A stretch of 64,000 nt of DNA from contig MU053754.1 of the NCBI GenBank assembly GCA_013239625.1, positions 1,655,966 through 1,719,965 on the forward strand. The letters run 5' to 3'. This document shows positions 12,541-25,223 of this stretch, piece after piece. Below the pieces are notes generated by a model. The model had not been told where the DNA came from and ran no database searches. It saw nothing but the letters and a program-made list of their open reading frames with translations. The stretch comes from Lama guanicoe. Lineage: Eukaryota. How positions within the stretch are numbered: the first letter of the stretch is position 1; every line of letters starts with the position of its first letter. The translations under genes were made by a program, and so were the position numbers.

Positions 12541-12561
12541 GCCGCCGCCGCCGCCGCCGCC
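12541..12561 (+). repeat. (GCC)7 trinucleotide repeat in the putative 5' UTR
   Basis: gccgccgccgccgccgccgcc read directly. Confidence 0.95.
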
Positions 12562-12574
12562 GCTCCCGCCCCAG

Positions 12575-12676
12575 NNNNNNNNNNNNNNNNNNNNNNNNNN
12601 NNNNNNNNNNNNNNNNNNNNNNNNNNNNNNNNNNNNNNNNNNNNNNNNNNNNNNNNNNNNNNNNNNNNNNNNNNNN
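12575..12676. other. Assembly gap (102 N) at the GC-richest point of the CpG island
   Basis: Run of N; true length unknown. Confidence 0.98.
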
Positions 12677-15296
12677 GGGGCGGGGGCGGCCCGGGGGCGG
12701 CACGCGGCTGCTCCGGGCGCCGGGCCCCCCGCGGCCGCGGCACGGCCCGGGCTCGGCGACGGCCGGCCGGAGGGAAGCTCGGAGTGGCGGCGCCGCCACA
12801 AGTTGCGCTGCTCGTGGCGAGGTGAGTGCGCGGGGCTTGGCCGGCCGGGCGGGGTGGGCGCAAACTTCTCCGGCGCGGGGGCCGGCGATTCCCTCCCCGC
12901 TCGCGGGCAGGCCGGCGGCCGGGAGCGCCAGCACGCTCCGCCCGCCTCCGGGGCTCTGGAGGGGCAGGTCCCCAACTGTCCCCGGGGCTCGGGCTGGGGT
13001 ACGGCGCGCTCCCTGCAGGCTGAACAATACCCCGATGTGGCCGCACCCCAAAGTGCCGGCGAGTCGGGGACGAGCGGCGGCTAGGGGGCTCTTTTGTTTT
13101 GGGGAGGGGGAGGCGGGCGGTAAGTTTGGGGAAGCGCTCGATTTGTCCCCCGATGCCCCTTTGTCTGCGGATCCTGGGGCTGGCTGCGCGAACCTGCGCC
13201 GCCGCGGGATCCCCGTGGGGGAGGGGAGCCCCATTCATCCCTGGGCTCGGGCCGGCCCGCCCGGGACCTGGTGGAAGCGCGGCGGCGCGCAGCTCAGTGA
13301 GTGGCGGGCGAGGCGGCGTGGGCCGTGGCTGCTCAGTTTCCGAGGCGCAGAAACTGTCAAGGAAGTCGGGAGCCCCCCGGCCGGAGCGAGGGGAGCAGGC
13401 TGGGGGGCGACTAAGGCGGGTGGGAGGAGCCCTTGGCCAGGCAGGGGCTGCAGAGCGTGGTCTGGGGAGGCTGCAGACCTGTTGCTCCCAGGCTCGGAGG
13501 AGGGTTGCCCCCTAGATCCGCGTCCCAGGCCCTTCTCCTCAGGGGGACCTTCCCAACCCGGGTCGGTGCTCAGAACGGGGTGGGGGCGCGCCTTCGAGAG
13601 TCGCGGGACGCTGGAGCTGTGACAGTTGGGGGTCGCTAGAGGCCCGCCGGCGCTGGGATAGGGCCTGGACTTCACGTGTGTCGCCCGTGCGCGGTCAGGC
13701 CCGGCCCGGGCTCTCTCATTGCCCGGCCTCGCATTCTCCAAGGCAGCGGCACTGGAAATCCCACAAAGTTGTTAAAGTCGGAGGTTTTTTTTTCCCCTGT
13801 TGGTGATGTTGTAGAGCAGAACCCCAAAAGAAACAAAAACCCCACCCCTATTCCATATGCAACTGCTTCTGCTTTGCGTTGTCACATGTGGCTTGACCTG
13901 ACTTCTGGATGTTTTTCTGACGCGCCTCCCGAGCCCCTGGGTTAACCTGGAAGGAAAGGGGCGGGACTGCAGTCTGGGAGGGGGAGGGGAGCGCCCCGCG
14001 AAGGTCCTGCATGGTGGCCTCGGGGTAACAACTGGTCCTTGAAAATTTTATGAAAAGTTTGCAGCCAGTCATTCCTAGAAAAGACGCGTTGGGGGCGGAG
14101 GGATGTTGATTATGGAACAATTGAGACGTGAAGATAACGCTCGTATTTTAAAGGATGGTAATACCTCAGATGTACTGCTGATTTTTGTAGAAAAGCACCC
14201 AGCTAGGTAACTAATCCAGGACTAAAAGCTGAAGTTCATCACTTGACCCACTTATTAAAATAGCCCCTTAAGGGTATTCCAGACCTTAAGTGAACACACA
14301 CCTGTGGGACAAAAATGGAGACTGTGTTTTATTTGTTGGTGGGCACAGCAGGGCGTGTGTCACTGGATCTCCTGAGGTTGGCTTTTATCCAAGAGCTTGG
14401 TCAGTCCCGGAATTGTCAGCACCCCCATTTAAATTTCACAGGATCATCCTTAAATCTCCCAGACCTCACCCCTCCTGAAAGTTTGGGTGTTCTAATTGAG
14501 AGCGGGATGTCCTAGTTGGTCTCCAGTCTCACCTTTAACTATGGGGAGCTTCAGTTTTCTTATGTGTGTGATGGCATCAAGATCTGCCTGGGTGGGCTGT
14601 TAGGAGGGTTTCCGTGCTAGCCAGCAAAAAGGGGAATAGAGCCCCTGAGTCCAACTCCTGGGACACTTAATGCTTGGCTAGAAAAGCAGCCTTTGTCCCC
14701 ATTTGGCCTGAACTGGTGAAAGGCCCACCCTGTTCTGCTCAACTGTTGACCTTGAAGTCCTGCAACTTTTCTGAGTCATTTTCCTATATGTGTAAAAATA
14801 AAAAAGAGGAACTGAAATCGTGATGCTCACTGGGTGGTGCAAGGACAGAAAGCAGAAATTATGTATAAGTTTTTTGAAAATTATGGAGCCTGTAAATTTA
14901 ATTTGTTGCTATCGTGCAAACAGAATAATTGTCCATACGTTACTTGAATGCCGTGCACTGAGGACTTTACAGGCACTTAACTCCCTGTGTGCAGCAGTTA
15001 CTTCCGTTCTGCTGCAGAGGACACTGACTTGCTAATATATGATATAGGGAGGACTGTCTAATCCCAAAGCCCCTCTTAAGCTTGGTGTTATTATGCCTTC
15101 CTGTCTACAAAGTGTGAATTTTCCCATTTGGAGACAAGGTCATTAAATTACACACACACACAAACTCTGTCTCTCTTCCCCACTCCCCGCCCTCCAACTC
15201 CAGAATCTGCATTGAAATCTGCATGTACATTTAGACAAATATCAACAGAAATCATGAAACGTCCACCACAGCAGAGAGATTGTTTCCGACTGTAGC

Positions 15297-15500
15297 TCAG
15301 TTGTCCAGTAGGTAACCACAAGCCACATGTGCATATTTAGATTCAAGTTAATATAAATTCAGTAACGATTCTGTTGTTATTGAAATTACCAGTTCTGTTC
15401 TTTCTGTGCTCTACCCATAATTCACATACTCAGTAGTTGCTTGTAGCTCATGGCTACCATCTTGGACAGCGGAGAACTTGCAGAAAGTACTAAGGAGGGT
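15297..15500. mobile_element. hAT MITE, MER3-like
   Basis: Inverted ends tgtccagtaggtaaccacaagccacatgtg ... tggctaccatcttggacagc. Confidence 0.6.
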
Positions 15501-15734
15501 GATACTCTGTAGTAACTGCAAGGATTGATAAAGAAAACAGTAAAGAGAGTTAGTCTGCTTTTTGTGGGGGAAGAGGAGAGGCTATAAGAGTTTTAAATAT
15601 TTTACAGGTAGATCTTTGAAGGAAAGACCCATTTCAGCCAGCAGTTTAGGAAAGTGATTTCAGTGAGTTTCAGTGAGATTGACAACTGTGGTTTTATATT
15701 CACGTGGTTTGGATCACTTTTGAATGAGAAAACC

Positions 15735-15870
15735 AGAAGTCAACCCAGAGTCTTACGCAGTGTTTAACCTTGGACATAAGGCATTTAGTGTCTCTGTGCC
15801 TTAGTTTCCCATCTGAAAAATGGTGTAGCCAGTCCCCACGTTGCCTGTCTGAATGTGTTGCAGGGAACAT
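15735..15870 (+). mobile_element. MIR SINE fragment
   Basis: MIR core accttggacataaggcatttagtgtctctgtgccttagtttcccatctgaaaaatgg. Confidence 0.65.
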
Positions 15871-17526
15871 ATCTTGGGATGGTGGGGAGCCCAAGGTCTT
15901 GCCATCAGTGAGGCTCCACGTGCGTAATTGAGACGTAGGCCATGTGTAAACCCCTGCTATGGGCAACGTAGGTTCTCTCCCCACCAAGTTTATGTTCTCA
16001 GTATTAAGGTTTAATCTCTTGAGATTGAAATCCTCTGTAATTAAAAGGCTGATAAGAAATCCTTCCAACAAAGTGAGACTTCACAATAGTCAAAGTATTT
16101 TTTAAAAAGGAGCTAGGTGCTAGCCATTTCTGGTACACCGGTCCCTGAGTCAGGATGTTATTTTTATTACTTCGTTGAGGTGTTCTTTGCATAGTCTTCT
16201 GTATTTTTTATAGCAACGGAATAGAAATTTTATTTGTAAATGAGGATGGGGAAAAACCTGACTTCACAGCCTGTCAGAGAGCTGACTTCCAGATCCCTTC
16301 TGCCCCTCGTCCTCACTACTGGTCTCTCTGAGGACTGCTGTTACCTGTTGGCCTTTGGGACACCTGCCCTAGTCACGATTCTCTTACAGAGGCGGGAAAT
16401 GGGTCCCTGCAGAGGGAGGCCAGGCCCAGAAAAGTCATCTCCCATGGGTCCTGAGCGGCAGGAAGTCACATCCTCTCTCAGATACCTGTAGGGGAGGAGG
16501 ACCCCTTACCCCGACCCTGCGGCATCCCCTTCTCCCAGCTTTGTGCCTGGGTCAGAGTCTGGGGCTCCACGCACATGGCATTTCCAGGGCTCCACCACAA
16601 GCATTCTTGTTCTGCCCGATGATGCCCTGAGACTGTCCTAGGCGTGGTGTCCCCATACCTTGCATTTGCCCCCTTTTTCTCCCTAAAAAAAAGTAACATC
16701 CAATAAGTTGTCAATCTTTCATCACCCAAGACATTTAAAAAATAGTTTCAATCAGGAAGTAAGACTGAAGTCATTTTGTAAACATTTTTTTTAAGTAGGA
16801 AAGATAAACTTTTTTTTCCCATAACTATTTTTAGCGTGACGGAAGTAACTGGCCCTTTGAGTGGAGGCTGGATGTGAACCCTCCCCTTGGGTCTTGCTCT
16901 CCTTGGCCCTTCCGCTCCATCCTTTCTGTGAGGCTCGGCCTACCAAATGGATGACCCTGGACACATTGTCAGAACGAGGCCCAACAAAACCAAAATAAAA
17001 GCTGGATGTGGGAAGAGACAAACAGAGTCAACATGTTTATAAAGGGAACAAGAGCCTGATCTGAGGAAATGAGTTTAAAACCTCAAGGGGAAAATACAGT
17101 CATTAAGGAATTTGTTTCCTGGGTGTCTTACTGACCAGGGAACCAGGAACTTGACGGAAGGTGGTTGTGTCCACCCAGTGGCAGCCTCCTGCGAAGCCGT
17201 TCTGTGTATCATCACTGCGATCAAATATTTATTGCGAATCCACTGCCTGACTGAAGACTGCAGATGTGACCTGAAAGCCATTGGAAAATTAAATTGGAGC
17301 CAATTTAAACTTAAAAACAGAGGAGAGAATATTTTTATCTTACAAAGGAAGTCTGGTACCATTTGCATGGCTTGGCTTGTTCTTGGCAGATGGGAACAGA
17401 GAGGTGGAGATGGGGCATGACATGCAGGGTTAAGAGAAAGGGAAGTGTTCAGAGACGGGGGTAGAAAAGGCAGTTGTTTATTGAAACCGTATTTTCACCA
17501 CTGAATGCTAGAATCTTGGAGTTGAC

Positions 17527-17728
17527 TCATGGTTCTCAGGCCAGTTTTGCCCCCTGCTGTCTAGGGGCATTTGGCGATGTCTGGAGACATTTGTGGTTGT
17601 CGCAAGTCGGGGAGGGGGATGGTGGGGTTCCTGGCATCTGGTGGGTCCATGGATGCTGCTTAAACATCCCATGGTGCACAGGACAGCCCCCACCCCAAAT
17701 GCCGGTGGTACAAAGGTGGAGACACCAA
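17527..17728. mobile_element. MER20 (hAT-Charlie)
   Basis: tggttctca...ggggcatttggcgatgtctggagacatttgtggttgtc...ctggcatctggtgggt...ggatgctgcttaaacatcc...gcacaggacagccccc. Confidence 0.85.
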
Positions 17729-18549
17729 ACCTGAAGTGTACCATCAACTCTACAGTCCAGTGTGGAGCGAGGTCCACGGGCAGGTGGATGGCAAGGAAAG
17801 ATACATACCCAGTTCTGTAGTTCTTAGGGCTCCTCCCCCCCTTCCCTGGGAGGCTAATTTGGGATACCTTAGGCAGTAAGTGACGACATAGGCACTCACA
17901 GGAGAAGGGAAAGGAGGAGGTGGGAAGTGCATGGACTTTGAGGAACACAGACTTAACAGGGGCAGCACTGCTGGAGGTTTTGGGGGAGGGGCGGCTGCTA
18001 GTTGCTGAAGCTCTTCCTCAACCGAAGTATTTTAGAGAACCACGCTCCCCCTCCCGGTACCAGCTTCTTCCTGTTGGTGTTGCTGATGTCATTGCAGATT
18101 TAGCCGGTCTCACTTTGGGTCAGTTTCTTGGGACTTGGGTATTTATCAGGAGAAAACCCAGCCCGTCTGATGTTTTCGGACCTTTTCTGTGCCCAGCGAG
18201 ATGTTGGTTACCCTGGATTGGGGGAGACTCCAACACCGTGCAGGGTGCTCAGGAGGGCGAGGGCAAATCAGTGTCTAGGGTATTTGCTGCTTGCAGGACT
18301 CTTGCAGGACTCTTGGGTGCTGCTTAGGTCTCGGTCCCTTCCTACGATTGTGAACGGCTGGCGGCAGCTGGGCACGAAGCTGCATTTTCCTGGTTGGGGC
18401 CCTCTTCCAAGGATTGGCCCCTTTGGCACCCACATCTGGTCCTCCTGAGCCCCTGTCGCGTGACCACCCCGCCAAGCCCAGCCTGGGCAGGGGCCTCTTG
18501 GGCTCCTGGTGGTCAGGGGGCAGTTGACACGGCTGTGTCAACTTGGCAG

Positions 18550-18700
18550 CCAGCCCACCATGCACTGACTGCGTCTTTGGACAAATCAGTTACCTTCTCA
18601 GGTGTTAGTTTTCTCACTGAGAGAGCAAAGGAAACGTATTTATTTCTCAGACTTATTGTATTAGAGGAGAGAGGATTAGTATCGTGCTTGGAGCCCTGCG
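18550..18700 (+). mobile_element. MIR SINE fragment
   Basis: ctttggacaaatcagttaccttctcaggtgttagttttctcac, degenerate MIR core. Confidence 0.5.
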
Positions 18701-21700
18701 TGCTTATGTTTTCCTCTAGTCTGAAGGTGGGAATTTGGTGTGGAAATATGCACAGATAATAGTAATATATCTTTATCAGTTAGGGGGGTCTCCAGCAATC
18801 ACTTGCTTGCCTTATCTTTTTTCCCCTTAAGTTAAATTTCAGGGCTGGCATACATGCACACAGACGCTTTATGCATGTATGTATGTGTATATAGTATATA
18901 TAACGTGTATATATAGAGAGACTCTGTTTTCTGAATTACTGTAGATAAATTATGAACTTAAGCACGTGCTTAAATGTCTATAACCACCACCAATACGCAG
19001 GATAGAGGACAGCTGGATTCCATTACCCCAGAGGCGTCCATGGTGCTCCCTCTCCCCGAGCCCCCAGCCCCCTGCTTCCTGGTCTTGGTAATCACATTTT
19101 ATCTCAGGATGAGGTGCCTCATGGAGAATCCCTCCACCCTTTCAGCACCTCCCTTGACACATGAGTTTTATACTTTAGCACACTTGGGCCAGTGTGCTTT
19201 CCTCAGAATGATTTTGCACCGTGGATATTATCAAAAGCAAGGAAAAACCAAACATATAGCTTCTTACTGTTTGTTTGAAGCCACAGTGAGAAAATACCAG
19301 GTGTCTTGCTGGAGCTGCCTAAGTCTTGCTCCTCTTCAATGCTGGTTCATTTTTGCTGTCTAATTAGTTGCGATGAGGCATTTTGGGGTGCACTTTCAGA
19401 GATAGTTTCTATTACTATGGAAAGACATTTAAAGTGTGAAATACTGCAGTAGGTTGAAGTTGTCTTTAGTTTCAAAAACAGGACACACAAGAGGCGAGGT
19501 TTTCCCTGTAGGTTAATAATGTGACCGTAAAGCAGGCTGAAAATATCCTGTTGTGTTTGCCACATTAGTTTGTTCTAGAAATAAAACAAATTCTGGTATC
19601 TGTATTTCTGTGTGGTTGTTAACTTGCATTTTACCTTGGGTCGTAATTTCACTATTTGCAATCTAATAAGAAATGGCACGTTTTTTTTGAGAATCCCCGA
19701 CTTGGCATTTTGGCCACTTACCTCCTGCCTTGGGTGTTCTGTCTGCGTGTGTAAACTTGTCGGACCTGTGTGTGTCCTCACACGTAGAGTCAAAGGCTTC
19801 ATGAGCTGATCTTGAGGCCTCCCATGCTTCTCATGTGTGGATTTTAATCATGGAAAGGGACAGTACTGAAATGTTGGGTAGGCTTTTTTTTTTTTAAGAC
19901 TTGTAGGTTAAGAAATTTAGTGGTTTTATATTAACTGAAAGCTTGGGTAAACTATGTCCCGTGCTTTGACTGTCGTTTATGCATGATTAAAATAAGCAAT
20001 ATTCTACTTAAGATTGCTAAGTCAGTTGCATATTTTACTTAAAAAAAAAAAAAACCAGCAATTCAGAAGATACTTTAGGCTGTTGAGTGCCTCCGAGTAA
20101 TTCTTATGATTGTTGTGGTTTCCCAGTCTCAGGAGACCCTGTAAAATAAGCACAAACAATGCTCACGGCAAAATTCACAGTGTTTATTCTTCAAGAGAGT
20201 GACTGCCTTGAATTCCTGTCAGTTTTTCCTAGCATGGTAGATGTAGCTGGAATGCTTAAAAGAAAACATGAGTGTTCTCTGCTTACTTCTCTTGAGCCTG
20301 GAACTCAGAATGTGACCCCAGATAGCCAGCCCTGAGCACTTTCCTTTCTGGAACACTTGCCGCCAACTCCCAGGTGGAATACAGAGGCTGGGGAGTTGAG
20401 GGCCGCCAGCCCCCCTCCCCCCACCCCCTCCAGGCTGATCACCTTACCTCTTGCCAGGATATTGAACAGTTTGCTCACGCCTCCTGAGATCTGGACCCCC
20501 AAATGCATCCATGTTGCAGTGAGGCTAGAGGGACACTGTCCCCCTTGTTGGATAGCTTGATGCGTAACTGTTACAGACTTGCCTGTTGCCATCCGGCTAT
20601 AGAGTCTGTGAACATCCGGCGTCCAATTCTGCAAACACTTCTGCTTGTTTGAACTTCTTCATAGATGGAAATTTGGGTAAAAGAAGCATACTATATGTGT
20701 TGCCATTTTAATTCTTTGATCAGTAATAACAAATACTTTACTATGGTAAGACCACATGAACCATGATTAAGAACTGGAGAAAGTCTGTGTGTAACTGAGC
20801 AGTGCTTTCTGTTTCTAGTGCTTTGCGGGTAATTCTTAGTCTTAGCCAAGGGTCCAGGTACCCTTGTTACCTTGACATCCGATTGAAGATGAGGAGTGAG
20901 AAAGGAGGGTGGAGGGCAGTTATCCAGTTCATGTGATGCAGAAATCTGTAGCACCACTGTGCAAACGTAATTCTCAGCATTTGCAGAGTTCCACATGGTT
21001 GCCGAGTTTTAGGTTGTATTTCAGCTGACCAGAGAATTGTTGTCTCTACCATTTGGTTCATTTGGGAGACAGATTAAACTTGGGTCCCAGCCTTAGACTC
21101 TTTTTCCAACAGAATCTTATCAGGCATTTTAATCCTTGAAACTTGAATGCCAGCCCTGTGTAGGTAAAGACTCAAGTAAGTATTCACATTTATCAACTTA
21201 AAAACAACGGTTGCCAGTCCCTGACAGCCATAGGTCAGTCTTGGGAGACATGCTTTGGTTTAACTCCTAATTTGATTATGGAAAAATACCACATTAGGGT
21301 TGTATTTCTAAGATGGACGATGTTTCTATGCCAAGTTCAACCATTTCCAAGGATCTATAGTGTAATTCTTCAAAAAGCCTAGCCAGGAGAATAGCGTTGG
21401 AGGGGTACCCAGCTCAGAAGGTGGTGAAAATAAGAATTAATGATCTCACGTGTCCAGTGCACGACAGAAATTATTGGAGACCTTATGAAAACAAGGGGAG
21501 AGACCTGTGGAAATGAGACTTGCCTGATAAATTTCATGGGACTCTGATAAATTTCACAGACCTCTGGACCTCTGAGTATGTTTGCTTGAAACCAAGAGTC
21601 TCCATGTTTAGCGGGGGCAGAGAGGGACAGAAATGCCTTGTTTCAGGTTTTAATTTTCAAAGTGGGCTTCCAAGTGGATTTCATGTCCTCTGGCAGGTGC

Positions 21701-22021
21701 ACAGTGAGTTTTATTGGAGTGCAGGAAGAAACTTAAGTTGTCCATTTATTTTTTTTTAAATCTAATAGTTACAAAACGTCTATTTGTGGTCTATGAAAAA
21801 TGCATATAACATTAGGTGAGTGTTATCTGTAGTTAATACGTTACGTGAGTTGGGGTTAGTGCTTAAAACGTGTTCACCCAGAGGGATATGCAATGAAAAA
21901 TAAAGCATTTAAAGATCCTGGAGAGGCCCCCAGAGGTGATGAGAGAGGTTGATAGTGAAGTCCCTGAATAAAGTGGGACACATATATGTTCCCCTTTCCC
22001 TCTGTCTTCAGCTGCCATAGG

Positions 22022-22046
22022 GTGTGTGTGTGTGTGTGTGTGTGTG
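22022..22046 (+). repeat. (GT)n microsatellite, ~12 units
   Basis: Read directly. Confidence 0.95.
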
Positions 22047-24604
22047 GACGTACACGTATATGTGTTAAATGACTGAGATCTGCCAGCTTAAAGATTGGAC
22101 ATTGCTCCAGAGGATGCAGTGTTAAGGATGTGATTTAGGGAGGAAAGAACATACAGTGACAGGGTACTGTGCATATTTTGGGTCTACTGGATTTTGCATG
22201 TTTTTAAAGCTGAAAAAATATTTGTGTTTCAGAACCAGATGACAGTATCTCGGTTGCAGGTGCACGAGGAACCTTTGGAACAATGCTGTGCTTTTTAAGC
22301 ATTTCATGACGCCACAGTGTTTTCATAATCACTTAATTCTGTTTATAAATCAGCTGCTTTCATTGATGGATGCCCTCGGGGCTCCCAAGAAACCAGGCTT
22401 TTTGTTGAATAAGTGATTCAGACTTGAAAAGATGGCAGCATGAGATAGCGCTGGAACTAGGTTGTGAGAAAGTCCTTGGGTGCCTTCAGGCTGCCTGTTT
22501 ATTTGTTGTTATTTCTTTTTCCAGGGACATATTTCATCCATCATGTTTGTTTTATTATTGTTATCATTTTTTTGCATTTCACGTGAGAGGCTTTTTAACA
22601 GAGAAAACTGTCGTTTTAGTTGATGCTGTATTGCTGGTGTCACAGAGAGTCAATAAATACAAAAACTATACTCACGACTCAGGCCACATGGTGGGCTGTG
22701 GAGGTGAGAAATGGGACTCACCTCCGAGCTTAGGGTCTCAGGCTGAGCTCATTTGCTGAGAATGGATGAAGGTCTGGTTTTCATGAGACTAAACGTCAAC
22801 CATAAGTAGCTCCGGGGTTACCCCACCAAGCCTATTTGTTTAACTGGAAATGATGGATATTTCAGCTTCGGGTTTTGGGTATGATTTGGGGTGTCGCGTC
22901 CGTTTTCCCCTTTGCGAATGCTGGGTGTGCAGTGCAGCTCGTGAACAGAGGGAGGCGGGGACAGGCACCCGACGCCCAGAAGCCTGCAGCTGACGTTCCT
23001 GGTCACGTCCTCGAAGTGGCAGGGCGCCGGGTACCATGCGTCGTCAGCGCTCGTCTGGACCCACGTCGACATTCATTTGTCCTTTGGTAAACTGATGTAT
23101 TTATCTCCTGCTTGATAAAATCAGATTGCTTCTCTTAATGGTAATATTCCGAAGGCACCTACTGCAAAGAGAGGAGAGACGGGAAGTAGAATTTCTAACA
23201 TCTACGTTAGGCACCTTTGTCTCTGCTCTCCAGGAATCCATTCGTTTAAGCACATTTAGCTGTAATGGGAGTCTTTGGGAAGGTTCTGTATCTTGTTCAG
23301 GTCCTGACTTCGTACTGTAAGCAGGTCAGCCGGACGCTAATGAATCACTGCCACTCTGGACAAGTCTTTTCCCATCTTTGTGGTGGATGATTTGCTAATA
23401 ATTGTTCATTTGATTATTGGGCAGCGAAATTACCCCAAATACTGTTTCAGAGATGTATCAGAGTACAGCCCTACCCTTAGACTCTTTGCAGAAGCGGGCA
23501 CAGAAGTTGGTTTTGTTTCCTAAACACATACCTGGTGTACTCGCAAAGTGCAGAGATGGGTGTATACTTTCTGGGAACTTAAGGGTAGGTGTATGGAGCA
23601 GGAGGGTAGGGGAACAGTAAGGCCAAACGGTAAAAGCCACTGGGACACTGAATCTATGAGGCTGCTAACCTTTAAGGGAAAATATGAAAACAAATGAGTT
23701 TGTAGCATTGTGAATTACCCTTTGCGTAATTTCTATCGAGGAAAGCAACTCCTTCCCCTTGGGAAGACTGGGTTGTTCAAATTAGCTGTCTTCATTTTTT
23801 CCACAGACATAAAAATCAGTTGTAGTTTAAGTAATTGTATGTGAAGCTTTATAATTGGAAATCTGAAGTTAGCAAAATTATATAACCCTGGTTAATTACG
23901 TTAGTATACTTGAACTGAATGTGGGGTAAGATTTCCTCATGGAGGTATTATTTCCTTTTTCTCTCAGTCAGTACAGCCAATAGTTGGAAAGTTTCCAGTT
24001 CCATTTGGTAATTCTTTGATTGTCCTGGACGTATTTTCAGAGAAGCTAGTTGAAAACAGAGACTGTGTGTTTTCACTTTTCCCCAGTTCATGTTTAAACA
24101 TAAAACACAGAGATTAGGCTGTCCTTTGTAAATTTTAATTTTCTCAGTCCCTGGCACAATAGAGGGGTATTTTAGGGGTCCCACTTTTCTGCTAGTGTTT
24201 GCTTTAAGGGAAGTTTGGGCTTGGTTCATAGTTTGCTATGCTATCTGAAAGTAAATGTTCAACCTTCTTGAATTTCCTGTCGTGTTTGCTTTTCCATTGA
24301 ATGTTCTGTATTTGGACAGCGTGTATTTTTCTGTGTGAGTTTCTGGCGGCACAGATGTTCATCCAAGTGGAGTTTCTCTCCATGTTGATCAGCTGGTAGC
24401 GTTTGGCCATCTATAGCTCGTATAGCGTGTTGAATTGAGTTGGGCACATTGTAGGTTCGGGTTGGGCTGTCATTCCTTCTGCAAGCTATGTGAGACTTTG
24501 TGTTGTCCGGGTTTGCCATAGATGATTGCTTTGCCTTTGGATTGCTGTAGATGGCTGCTTGTGGTGATTAATTTAACATGGAAATCTAAATCCCTTTAAG
24601 ATCA

Positions 24605-25223
24605 AGTTGATTTTTGGAGGTATAGATTGCATATCATAAAAATCACCCATTTTAAATGCCATTTGCAACAACATGGATGGACCTGGAGTTTGTCATTCTA
24701 AGTGAAGTAAGTCATAAAGAGAAAGAAAAATACCATATGATAATCATGTATACATGGAATCTAAAAAAAAGGACACAAATGAACTTATTTACAAAACAGA
24801 AACGGACTCACAGACATAGAGAACAAACTTATGAATACCAGTGGGTAGAGGCAGTGGGAAGGGGTAAATTGGGAAGTCAAAATTTGCACTTCTTGGGGAG
24901 TGATGGAAATGTTAGCTATCTTGATTGTGGTGGTGGTTTCATGGGAGTATACATTATCAAAATTCATCAAAGTGTACATCTAAAATATGTGTGGTTTACT
25001 GTACAGGAACCATACCACAATAAAGGTGTTGAAATAATCACCCATTTTAAGTGTGCAATTCAATGATTTTTGGTAAATTTACTGAGTAGTGCAGTCATCA
25101 TCATCATCATCTGACTTTTGAACCTTTTCATTCTTCCTGATAAGATCAGTCATGTTCACTTGCCATCAATTCCTACACCCAGCTCCCAGCCACAGGCAGC
25201 TCCTAAGCTCCTTTCTGTCTGTC
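24605..25223 (-). mobile_element. Old L1 3' end (L1ME/L1MB-like) hosting two later insertions
   Basis: gaggtatagattgcatatcataaaaatcacccattttaa|gtgtgcaattcaatgatttttggtaaattt...cccagccacaggcagc is continuous once 24656-25050 is removed. Confidence 0.7.
24656..25035 (+). mobile_element. 5'-truncated chimeric L1 insertion with 15-bp TSD
   Basis: TSD aatcacccattttaa at 24641-24655 and 25036-25050; first part encodes the ORF2 end (MPFATTWMDLEFVILSEVSHKEKEKYHMI); second part is an older L1M-type 3' end with aataaa. Confidence 0.8.

Larger units (their letters stand above)
12500..12821 (+). other. Putative non-coding first exon (5' UTR); start approximate
   Basis: Ends at perfect consensus donor GAG|GTGAGT (12821/12822); no ATG in the visible part (102 bases hidden by the gap). 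Confidence 0.7.
12150..13750 (+). promoter_or_regulatory. CpG-island promoter of a + strand gene (identity not established; TBL1X-like architecture, tentative)
   Basis: Very high GC and CpG density over ~1.6 kb, many GC boxes (gggcgg/ccgccc), no obvious TATA box, GCC repeat, strong splice donor inside the island. Confidence 0.9.

Noticed and set aside
12174..13741. Long ORFs (up to 482 aa) on both strands across the CpG island
   Set aside because: Arg/Gly/Pro/Ala-rich, open in most frames because GC-rich DNA lacks stop codons; several run through the N gap and the splice donor; no recognisable domain.
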